Source: Patescibacteria group bacterium UBA661
GTDB lineage: Bacteria > Patescibacteriota > Minisyncoccia > Phycocordibacterales > UBA918
Assembly (NCBI GenBank): GCA_002299465.1
Contig: DBNX01000014.1
Coordinates: 19,052 to 83,051 of the forward strand
Direction of reading: 5' to 3'
DNA: 64,000 bases
Position numbers and translations under genes: made by a program. The notes below the pieces were generated by a model. The model was given only the letters and a program-made list of their open reading frames with translations. It was not told the origin of the DNA and ran no database searches. Below are positions 56,593 to 64,000 of the stretch, one piece after another. Position 1 is the stretch's first letter, and each line of letters starts with the position of its first letter.

Positions 56593-57942
56593 CTAAAGTG
56601 CTGGCGATTCTTCTATTTTTGTTTCGACGATAATTTCTTCTGGCTTGTCTGGAAATGACCTAGAATAAAAAGGTTTTCTTGTCACAGCGGCTGATCTAAT
56701 TCCGGGATGGGCTGGTAACACTACTGCCAACGCCGTGAAAGGTTTGCCTGCCAAATCAGTTTTAAGTTGCTCAGCGTCAAACTGCCAGACAATTTGTGGT
56801 CTACCCAAAATGGTGAAGTTTAAAGCAGTTTCGTTTCTCAGATCTCGAGCGCTTAAATTGGCATCCATATAAGCAAAAGTAAGGTCGTGAATATTTGTAA
56901 TCTCGACTGGTAAGTCGTTGTAAGTGGGCACTGTTTCGTTGGCTAAATAGGAAGCAAAATCACTTTTTCTAAATAGCGGTTGCTGAAGAGTGGCTTCTTC
57001 TCTTATAGTCACTAGATTTTCGCCAAATTGAATAGTTGGCAAAGATTTGTAAGTAATCGAAATGGCACCGGGAAAAGCAATAAAGTCAGCTGGTTTTTCT
57101 TCGTTAATTTTAGCTAAGAGTCTAGCGCGTAATTCTACTTGTAGGGCTTGCTGGGCAGTGGAAAGTTCAGTTCCGTCAATTTCAAAACGCAATCCTTTGT
57201 AGCCACCAGTAAAAGCGACTCGGTTTTCAGCATAGATAGAGCGAAAAAGTTCATTTAAATTGTTCTCTTGAAAACCGGGAATGTCAAACCTGGTGCCAGC
57301 TGGTAAATTGTATTCCTCACCAAAACCATCGGAAAAAACTTCTGCCCGGATGGTACCTGGAACCAGAGTTCCGGTGTTATCACGAACGGCTCCGGGCACG
57401 ACTACGGATTCTTGGATTCTGAAGATTAAGCCATCCGGACTTCTAAATCGGGTGTTTTTTATCAACCTTTCCGTGCCTGGTGTGGTTTTAATTATCTCTA
57501 GGTAACCCCTGGCTTGTTCCTCGACGTGCCTCTCCCCAGTCGCAGCCACTTGACGCTCGCCGACTTCAGTGAGCGTCATTATCTCGTAAGACAAACGTCC
57601 GTCACGTTGTTCGGGATAGGCAATAAATTCAGCATTTACAGTTGGAACTGTAAATTCCGGGTACACGGTAAGGGTGGTTTTTGAGAAAAAATAACTAGCA
57701 CCAAAAATACCACCGACAAACAAGACAATTCCTACCACGGCTACTATGACATTTAGTTTCTTTTTTGTGTTGCCGTTTTTTATTACAATTGTGTTGACAT
57801 CAAGATCCTCGGGAGCAGCTGGTCGACTCGGCCTAACGGTTGCTGTTTCTGGATTGGTATTCAATGTGTGGTTAGCAGAAAAATCTCTTTTACGTCTGGG
57901 TTCGGTTGGTCGAATGTCTTGTAAGTTCCATTTTTGTGTCAT
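56593..57942 (-). CDS. hypothetical membrane-anchored protein at the 5' side of the infA-rpmJ block
   Basis: 449 aa with a basic N-terminus, one TM helix (NVIVAVVGIVLFVGGIFGASYFF) and a large extracytoplasmic domain. No family recognised. Confidence 0.4.
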   Translation of the reverse strand: MTQKWNLQDIRPTEPRRKRDFSANHTLNTNPETATVRPSRPAAPEDLDVNTIVIKNGNTKKKLNVIVAVVGIVLFVGGIFGASYFFSKTTLTVYPEFTVPTVNAEFIAYPEQRDGRLSYEIMTLTEVGERQVAATGERHVEEQARGYLEIIKTTPGTERLIKNTRFRSPDGLIFRIQESVVVPGAVRDNTGTLVPGTIRAEVFSDGFGEEYNLPAGTRFDIPGFQENNLNELFRSIYAENRVAFTGGYKGLRFEIDGTELSTAQQALQVELRARLLAKINEEKPADFIAFPGAISITYKSLPTIQFGENLVTIREEATLQQPLFRKSDFASYLANETVPTYNDLPVEITNIHDLTFAYMDANLSARDLRNETALNFTILGRPQIVWQFDAEQLKTDLAGKPFTALAVVLPAHPGIRSAAVTRKPFYSRSFPDKPEEIIVETKIEESPAL

Positions 57943-57963
57943 AGTAATTTATAGTATAGCTTT

Positions 57964-59193
57964 TTAGTAGTGCTCAAATTTCGTATGTTGCCCCGGTGTG
58001 TGGAAAAACTGAGCCGAGATTAACAAAGCCGTATCTTGTTGGCTTTTCCGTAGTCTATCACTTAACTCCTCCGGGTAAAACTTGGTAATAAGCTCAAAAG
58101 AAGTCGGGTAAGTGGCGTGATCAGATCGGGTCGCCTTTTCCGCCGCGTCATCTATTCGCTTCATAAAGAATTCCTCATTACGCAGATTGCCGTGAATAAA
58201 AATCTTCTTTGGTATCGATAAAGAATCTCCCGTTTCTTTGAATAATTCCACTAATTTTGCCTCGTAAGAGTCAAAAATCTCCTTAACCTCAGATCGTTTC
58301 TCCGCCGTATATTTTTCTAATGCCGCCATCGGATCGGGCGTATGTAAATAACCAAAAGCCTCTTCTAAGGGGACTGACAAAACATTTGCCAATTCTCGCG
58401 CGATGGAAAAAACTCCAAAAGGCGTATGTGTAGTGTGTTGTAGAATACCGTTTCTGATTACCCCTAGTTCAGTGGCTTCGTAGGTTATGTCAACCAAGCA
58501 ATACTCAGTTAGTTCTGGTTGTAATTGGCGTATCACAGAATAATAAACCAGCATAAAAGAGTACAAACGAGCAGTTGCTCGGGGCATAATTTTTTCAAGA
58601 GACTCAGCCACGGTTTTTATTAAATAGTCTTGGGCTACAACATTAGCTTGGATAACCTTAAGAGTTTTGGCTGTCTGATCCGCAGGTTCGGAAATTTCAT
58701 AGCCGTTAGCTAATAAACCGATGGTAGTTTTTGTGACTACCGAGAGTCCGAGTTGTTGAATTTTTTCTTGACTGGCAATTTCTTCAGACAGTTTAGTATT
58801 AGCTGTGCGCAAAAGTTCATCCACCAATTTTTGCGAGACTGTAAAATCACTGCTGTGACTGTAAGAGATTTCTTTGGTAACAGTGTATGACCAAGGAGCG
58901 GCAATGGTAATCTGTACTTCTAAAACTTGTCTAGATTTAGAAAGTGTTTCCAATGCCTTCATCCCCTCCCCGTCCAAGCGCATTAAGGCGTTCATAAGCG
59001 ACACCATAACGTGTTTAGCACTAGCCGTAAGGGATTCAGAGTGTCGAAGTGGTACAAACTCACGCTCGACCCAGATTATTTGAGGATAAGCTAATTGTGG
59101 ATCACTTTTAATAATTGCTACCAAAACACTGCCGGAGCCAATATCAACCAGCACCCCGTATCTGACTTTTGATCCTGGATTAGCAAATAACAT
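57964..59193 (-). CDS. Ppx/GppA-like (ASKHA sugar-kinase/actin-fold) phosphatase family protein, tentative
   Basis: N-terminal phosphate-1-like motif VLVDIGSGSVLVAII and a later D-I-x4-TEL motif (LVDITYEATELGVI) reminiscent of Ppx/GppA; 409 aa. A PilM/FtsA-like actin-fold ATPase is the alternative. Confidence 0.35.
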   Translation of the reverse strand: MLFANPGSKVRYGVLVDIGSGSVLVAIIKSDPQLAYPQIIWVEREFVPLRHSESLTASAKHVMVSLMNALMRLDGEGMKALETLSKSRQVLEVQITIAAPWSYTVTKEISYSHSSDFTVSQKLVDELLRTANTKLSEEIASQEKIQQLGLSVVTKTTIGLLANGYEISEPADQTAKTLKVIQANVVAQDYLIKTVAESLEKIMPRATARLYSFMLVYYSVIRQLQPELTEYCLVDITYEATELGVIRNGILQHTTHTPFGVFSIARELANVLSVPLEEAFGYLHTPDPMAALEKYTAEKRSEVKEIFDSYEAKLVELFKETGDSLSIPKKIFIHGNLRNEEFFMKRIDDAAEKATRSDHATYPTSFELITKFYPEELSDRLRKSQQDTALLISAQFFHTPGQHTKFEHY

Positions 59194-59260
59194 GATACTA
59201 ACCAGTATAGCAAAATGTCTTGGCGGGATTGATTTTTACTTTAAGATTTAGGGGATAGCA

Positions 59261-61234
59261 TCAATCGGTAAAAATGGCCTTGATTCGTCTCACGCCGGCG
59301 GCCGAGGACTCTTCTTTACTGATTTTAAAGGTGCTTGGCAATTCTTCGAGGCGTTCGACATGTGGTCCGCCACAAAGTTCTCGGGAAAAAATTTCACCCT
59401 TGTAGCCGGTCATCGTGTAAACTTTAACTTCGTCTGGATAACGGTCCCAAAAACTAGCTTCAATAGTTTTATCAGCTTGTGCCACCGACTTAGGTAAAAT
59501 TTCAATACTGACTACCCCACCGCTTTTGATGGCTTCATTAACGTAATTTTCAACTTCATTTATTTGCTCGGGAGTAAGCTTGTCAGGGTGAGTAAAATCA
59601 TAGCGGGACCTTTCGCCGGTTATGTTGGAGCCGGCCTGGTGCACGTGTTCACCCAAAACCTTACGCAGTCCTGCCAATAGTAAATGGGTAGCGGTGTGGT
59701 ACTGAATTACTCTAGTTGAGTTATCTGCCAAACCACCCTTAAATTTATGTTCAGCCCCAATCCGAGAAGCGTCTTTGTGGGCTTGCATTTTTAAGTTAAA
59801 TTGCTCTCGACTTACCGTTAGTTTACGTTCCTGTGCCATTTCTTCAACAATTTCTATCGGAATCCCATAAGTAGTTACAAACTTAAAGACCACCTCCGAA
59901 TCAAGCTCGCGACTTTCGCCTACTTCTTTTTTTGCTGATTCACCCCGATTAAGATCTTCCGTTAAGTTGTATTTATCAAACTCTTTTTCAAATTCTCGGA
60001 AACCTTTAGCGAGAGTCTTGCGGAATTGCTCTTCTTCCTGACTGATGGCCTGCAAAATCTGAGTTTCTTGTTCTTTTAGATTTGGATACTGATTTTGGTA
60101 GGTGGCAATTACGCTTTTGGCTAATTCCGCAAAACGCCCTGCCGGCACAGCGATGCGATCCGCATACCGAACCGCCCGCCGCAGTAGGCGACGAACAAAG
60201 TATGGCTGATCAGTATTCCCCGGGTTTACCCCGTCACCAATTAACAGCACGGCTCCGCGTAAGTGGTCCGTGATAACGCGAAAAGCAATTAAATCGTCTT
60301 CGTAATTTTTACCAGAAAGGCGTGAAATATGGGCGACTACGTCAGCTAGTAAATCTACCTTAAAAATATCGGGATCAGCATTTTTGGCAGCGGCAATACG
60401 CTCCAAGCCACCACCAAAATCAACGTTACGTTGGGCTAATTTTGAGAAAGTACCGTCTTCGTTTTTGATGTATTCAATAAAAACCGAGTTGCCGATTTCA
60501 AGAAATTGTCCAGAGTCGCTGTTAGGATGAGGGGCTTGGGCAGCAAAGACGGGGTGAGTGGCGAAGGTGGGACCAAAATCGTAAAAAACTTCGCTGTCTG
60601 GTCCACCAATCTCACCGCTAGGCATAGCTGCCGGCTTGCCAGCGCGACTCCACCAATTTTTGGTGGCATCGTAATAAAAAATCCGACCTCCTTGCATTCC
60701 AATTTCGTAACCAGCTGCTTCCGATCCGATATGCACTGCCTTGGCTTCAATTCCACGTTCAGCAAAAAGCTCTTGCCAAATAGCTACCGCCTCCTCATCG
60801 CGTGGGATGCCGAGGGATTCATCCCCAGCAAAAACTGTCACATAAATTCGATTGGGGTCAAGACCAACCTCATCTACTAAAAAAGTAAAAAACCACCGTA
60901 ATTGTTCCTGCTTAAAATAATCACCGAGTGACCAATTACCCAACATTTCAAAAAATGTGGTGTGTCGATTATCCCCCACTTCTTCAATATCATTGGCGCG
61001 AAAACACTTTTGTGAGTTTACCAAACGGACCCCTTTGGGGTGTTTTTCACCTAGTAAATACGGTATTAGTGGTTGCATTCCGCTGCCAGTAAACAATGTC
61101 GTCGGGTCATTTTCTGGCACAAGAGCCGAGGACGGAATAATTGCGTGCTTCCGGCTTTCCATAAAATTAAGATATTTGTCTCGAATCGTGTTTCCTCCCA
61201 TATTGCATTGAATTAATTTATGATTTAAAGGCAC
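59261..61234 (-). CDS. alaS: alanine--tRNA ligase, short form lacking the C-Ala domain
   Basis: The class II catalytic core, tRNA-recognition domain and editing domain (HTATHLL...CGGPHV) are all present and the protein ends after the editing domain (657 aa). The ORF-track start is GTG at 61234; an ATG lies at 61201. Confidence 0.85.
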   Translation of the reverse strand: MPLNHKLIQCNMGGNTIRDKYLNFMESRKHAIIPSSALVPENDPTTLFTGSGMQPLIPYLLGEKHPKGVRLVNSQKCFRANDIEEVGDNRHTTFFEMLGNWSLGDYFKQEQLRWFFTFLVDEVGLDPNRIYVTVFAGDESLGIPRDEEAVAIWQELFAERGIEAKAVHIGSEAAGYEIGMQGGRIFYYDATKNWWSRAGKPAAMPSGEIGGPDSEVFYDFGPTFATHPVFAAQAPHPNSDSGQFLEIGNSVFIEYIKNEDGTFSKLAQRNVDFGGGLERIAAAKNADPDIFKVDLLADVVAHISRLSGKNYEDDLIAFRVITDHLRGAVLLIGDGVNPGNTDQPYFVRRLLRRAVRYADRIAVPAGRFAELAKSVIATYQNQYPNLKEQETQILQAISQEEEQFRKTLAKGFREFEKEFDKYNLTEDLNRGESAKKEVGESRELDSEVVFKFVTTYGIPIEIVEEMAQERKLTVSREQFNLKMQAHKDASRIGAEHKFKGGLADNSTRVIQYHTATHLLLAGLRKVLGEHVHQAGSNITGERSRYDFTHPDKLTPEQINEVENYVNEAIKSGGVVSIEILPKSVAQADKTIEASFWDRYPDEVKVYTMTGYKGEIFSRELCGGPHVERLEELPSTFKISKEESSAAGVRRIKAIFTD

Positions 61235-61282
61235 TATACCAAAAAAATAGATTTTAACGAATTTATAGCCAGTGCGGTAGTG

Positions 61283-61519
61283 TTAGTTGGTCAAGAACAA
61301 AAATAATGTGGGGTTATAGTAAGCCATTTCTAAAAAATAACCCGCTACAAGCAGGAGCAGTCCGACAAAGGTAATAATCCGTTCCTGTTTGTAACTAAGA
61401 ATCACCAGACGATCAATGCGGTGTTCCTTAACAATCGAGTGGTGCATGTGCAAGACTGCCAAAATGACTAGTAGCTTTCCTACCACCCCCAGTGTTATTC
61501 CCCACATTAAGATGTCCAT
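61283..61519 (-). CDS. small two-TM membrane protein (hypothetical)
   Basis: 78 aa with two hydrophobic helices. Confidence 0.3.
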   Translation of the reverse strand: MDILMWGITLGVVGKLLVILAVLHMHHSIVKEHRIDRLVILSYKQERIITFVGLLLLVAGYFLEMAYYNPTLFLFLTN

Positions 61520-61529
61520 AAAAATTAGA

Positions 61530-63380
61530 TTATTTTACTCGTAACTGTTTTGTGACTAAGCGACCAAAGCTTTCTATATCCTGCTCATGCTTAGACAGAG
61601 CCGTGATAAAAGTATCGGCTCTAGTTGTGTCGATGCCGATCTTTTTAAAGATGTTGACTACCGAATCAGACGCTCCGGCGGTGAGGAAGGTGTCAATTTG
61701 TTTTCGGTAGGATTTATCAGAAACAAACTCTTGCGCCATTAAGGAACTCATTAAGTGCCCAAAAGCGTAAGAGTAAACATAGAAACCATAACGAAGATGT
61801 CCCACGTAGACGTAAGAAGCGCCGTCAAGCAGCTTCACAGCAATCGCTGGACCCAAATAGGAGCGAAGATGTTTGTACATACAGGTCTTGAGTTCTTCGT
61901 GTGTCATTGCTCCGTCGCGGGCAATGGTTTGGTGAATTTCTAACTCGCAGTTAAAAAAGGCGATCTGTCGTTGCATAGTAGCAATGTCACGGGTCAGGCG
62001 GTAGTGCAGTAGTGCCAGTTTGGTTTCTGCATCGGCTTGCTCAGCTAAGGCGGCAAAGACCAATGACTCAAACAAAGTACTAGCTGTCTCGGCCGTGACA
62101 ATCGAATGACCATCGTAAAAAGGACTTTGTGTAGCTGATTGCTTGGCGTGGATAGCGTGTCCCATTTCGTGAGCTAGAGTTTCAAGACCGCTTAGGGTGT
62201 CAGTATGGTTTAACATTACCTGGATGGGATGACCAGTTTCGTCCGACATAAACGCCCCACCCTGTTTACCAGCGCGTGGATAAACGTCAATCTGACCACG
62301 CTCTAGCATAGTATCGAACAACTTTCCGTAATCATTATTTACATCATAAAACACATCACGACAGATAGTCACTGCCTCAGCAAAGGAAATTGTCGGACTA
62401 ACACCCAAAGCATCGTATTTGTTTGGGTATGGTAACTGTTTTACGCCGTGGTATTTGGCCTTCAATTTGTAAAACTTTTGGCTAAGCACAAATCCTTTAC
62501 TGGTAATAGCCTGGACTAAGGCCTCAATGCTCGTCTCAGTGTGTTCATAACTAAGGGCCGTCGCGCTGTAGGGTTTTTTGTAGCCACGTAGTGTATCCTC
62601 CGCTCGTACGTCAGCGATGATGGCATTAAACTCATGTTCGGCGGGGATGCCGAAAGTATCAATTTTTTCGATAATTTTATCCCAAAGTAGTGGTTTTTCT
62701 GAGTTGGGGATAGTCTCCAGGGTCCCCAAAGCAGTTGGAATAGCTACCGCAGTATCTTTCCAATCAACAGTGGCTGTGCTAATCATTTTTTCAGTCATAT
62801 CCTGCCACAGCCCGGTGGCAGGTACGCTTTTTAAGCGGATGATTTTTTCTTCGGGTTCACTGAGATGATGAGTCGCTCCCGCAAAAAGTGTTTTCAGAAA
62901 ATAATGGTAGTGTGAAAAGTTGGGATCTTTCAACAACTGGCGTTTGGTTTCCGTCTTGAATTTACCTAATTCGAGTGGAAAAAAAATAACTTGGTCCGAA
63001 GCAATCCGCAGACGTTGGCGGATGGTGGCTAGTAATTTCTCTGCCGCACTATCGTTGACGTTAATTTTTAAGCGCAAAGACAAATAACGCAGGGGTTTAC
63101 TGATTCTGGGTTCACCCAACAAATTTTCGTATTCGCCTAGTGCCTTCTTTAGCAAGTTAAAATCAGCAGCCAAAGACGCCTTCCGCCACTTTTTGTTAAA
63201 ACTTTTATAAGCTTGTTCAGCGTAAGCGACATCAGCTAAAAGATTTTTGTCGTTGAGGTTTTTATAATAAAGTTTCGCTAAATCCCAGGTCACCGGGTAA
63301 TTTGGCAAAGGTGGTAGGTTTAATTTTGTTTGGTAATTCAGAAAAGGGCTGACTGAAACTGGTTGGCTTGTATTTTTCAT
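61530..63380 (-). CDS. pepF: oligoendopeptidase F (M3 family)
   Basis: HEMGHAIH zinc-binding motif within the M3 fold; 616 aa. Confidence 0.8.
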   Translation of the reverse strand: MKNTSQPVSVSPFLNYQTKLNLPPLPNYPVTWDLAKLYYKNLNDKNLLADVAYAEQAYKSFNKKWRKASLAADFNLLKKALGEYENLLGEPRISKPLRYLSLRLKINVNDSAAEKLLATIRQRLRIASDQVIFFPLELGKFKTETKRQLLKDPNFSHYHYFLKTLFAGATHHLSEPEEKIIRLKSVPATGLWQDMTEKMISTATVDWKDTAVAIPTALGTLETIPNSEKPLLWDKIIEKIDTFGIPAEHEFNAIIADVRAEDTLRGYKKPYSATALSYEHTETSIEALVQAITSKGFVLSQKFYKLKAKYHGVKQLPYPNKYDALGVSPTISFAEAVTICRDVFYDVNNDYGKLFDTMLERGQIDVYPRAGKQGGAFMSDETGHPIQVMLNHTDTLSGLETLAHEMGHAIHAKQSATQSPFYDGHSIVTAETASTLFESLVFAALAEQADAETKLALLHYRLTRDIATMQRQIAFFNCELEIHQTIARDGAMTHEELKTCMYKHLRSYLGPAIAVKLLDGASYVYVGHLRYGFYVYSYAFGHLMSSLMAQEFVSDKSYRKQIDTFLTAGASDSVVNIFKKIGIDTTRADTFITALSKHEQDIESFGRLVTKQLRVK

Positions 63381-63386
63381 GATTTT

Positions 63387-63989
63387 CTATCTAAGGTATT
63401 TTGTCTCTTCGGCTTGTTTGGTTTCGTTAATAAAATCTTTGTATTGCTCAAAAACGTGGTTGAACTCCGCGAGAATTGACCCGGACAGGCGGCTATTTAT
63501 GACATTGGCAATGTTTTGATAAACCTCCAATCTTTCATCAAAATTTGCCCCGAAGTCCTTAACAAAACGTTCGGTAGAGTCTCGATAATCCTCGACCATC
63601 GTGCGAAAATTGTGCATTTTATCGGCAGCGGCTACTAACACGGCTTCTTTGGGGCCGCGTTTGAGTTGTTTGGCGTAAAGATTTTTCTTTTCTCGCCAAG
63701 TAATTTTATTTCCAGCAGAGCTTTTTGGTTCAGTGAGAGCTTCGACTATTTCTCGCACTCGCCCCCCAAAGTCCTCTTGTAATTCTTCTAAACTGTAGTC
63801 TGTGTCTTCAATCGTGTCGTGCAATAAAGCCGCCACAATGACGTCTTCGTCATCTGTGTAATCCAGTAAGGTGAACGCTGTGGCAACTAAGTGAGTTACG
63901 TACGGGAAAGGCATCGAGCCCTTACGCAGTTGATCTTTGTGCAAAACCGCCGCCGCCCGAATTGCTTGCTCGACTCGATAAGAATACAT
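63387..63989 (-). CDS. HD-domain phosphohydrolase, small (p)ppGpp-hydrolase-like (Mesh1/SpoT HD-like)
   Basis: H..H...LLHDTIEDT and a downstream D motif, typical of the RelA/SpoT-type HD domain; 200 aa. Confidence 0.6.
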   Translation of the reverse strand: MYSYRVEQAIRAAAVLHKDQLRKGSMPFPYVTHLVATAFTLLDYTDDEDVIVAALLHDTIEDTDYSLEELQEDFGGRVREIVEALTEPKSSAGNKITWREKKNLYAKQLKRGPKEAVLVAAADKMHNFRTMVEDYRDSTERFVKDFGANFDERLEVYQNIANVINSRLSGSILAEFNHVFEQYKDFINETKQAEETKYLR

Positions 63990-64000
63990 ACTGTAATAGT

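Noticed and set aside
1-64000. Mobile elements, integrases, transposases, tRNA or rRNA genes
   Set aside because: No DDE transposase, tyrosine or serine recombinase motifs and no tRNA-like T-arm sequences (GGTTCGAATCC) were seen in the intergenic regions. The only TTCGAACCC strings lie inside the coding tandem repeats.

Overview
This window is a compact, gene-dense stretch of about 45% GC bacterial DNA dominated by housekeeping genes. Compact operons, short aminoacyl-tRNA synthetases (a 450-aa archaeal-type AspRS, a 657-aa AlaRS without the C-Ala domain) and a cysteine-less L36 suggest a streamlined, Candidate-Phyla-Radiation/Patescibacteria-like lineage; this is inference from gene content only. 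Recognisable blocks: a divergent FAD-oxidase/PIF1-helicase pair; a secreted-protein island (4.3-9.4 kb); rmuC; a T-box-like leader plus aspS; pepA; scpA-scpB; a partial division/cell-wall cluster (S11 carboxypeptidase-mraY-ftsW-murG) running straight into gltX and an M23 peptidase; an accessory-like island (23-30 kb: tag, SIMPL, SDR, a 720-nt non-coding stretch, murI, EVE, a transglycosylase-like gene, an mTERF-like repeat protein); pgi/glucokinase/LOG; cysS-dnaB-recR; trpS; an orphan histidine kinase; speH plus a PurD-like ATP-grasp; grpE-dnaK-dnaJ; and the alpha ribosomal operon (infA-rpmJ-rpsM-rpsK-rpsD-rpoA-rplQ) followed by rplM-rpsI, preceded by two uncharacterised genes and alaS. No tRNA, rRNA, CRISPR array, integrase or transposase was recognised. 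The features most worth a second look are: (1) a 330-aa protein made of seven near-identical 33-aa (99-bp) repeats that match the mTERF motif; (2) a canonical T-box antiterminator/terminator in front of aspS; (3) a tandem pair of paralogous secreted helical repeat proteins; (4) a 720-nt non-coding region with a G10 tract and inverted palindromic elements; (5) two uncharacterised genes sitting where secY-adk-map normally sit; (6) a speH/ATP-grasp operon.
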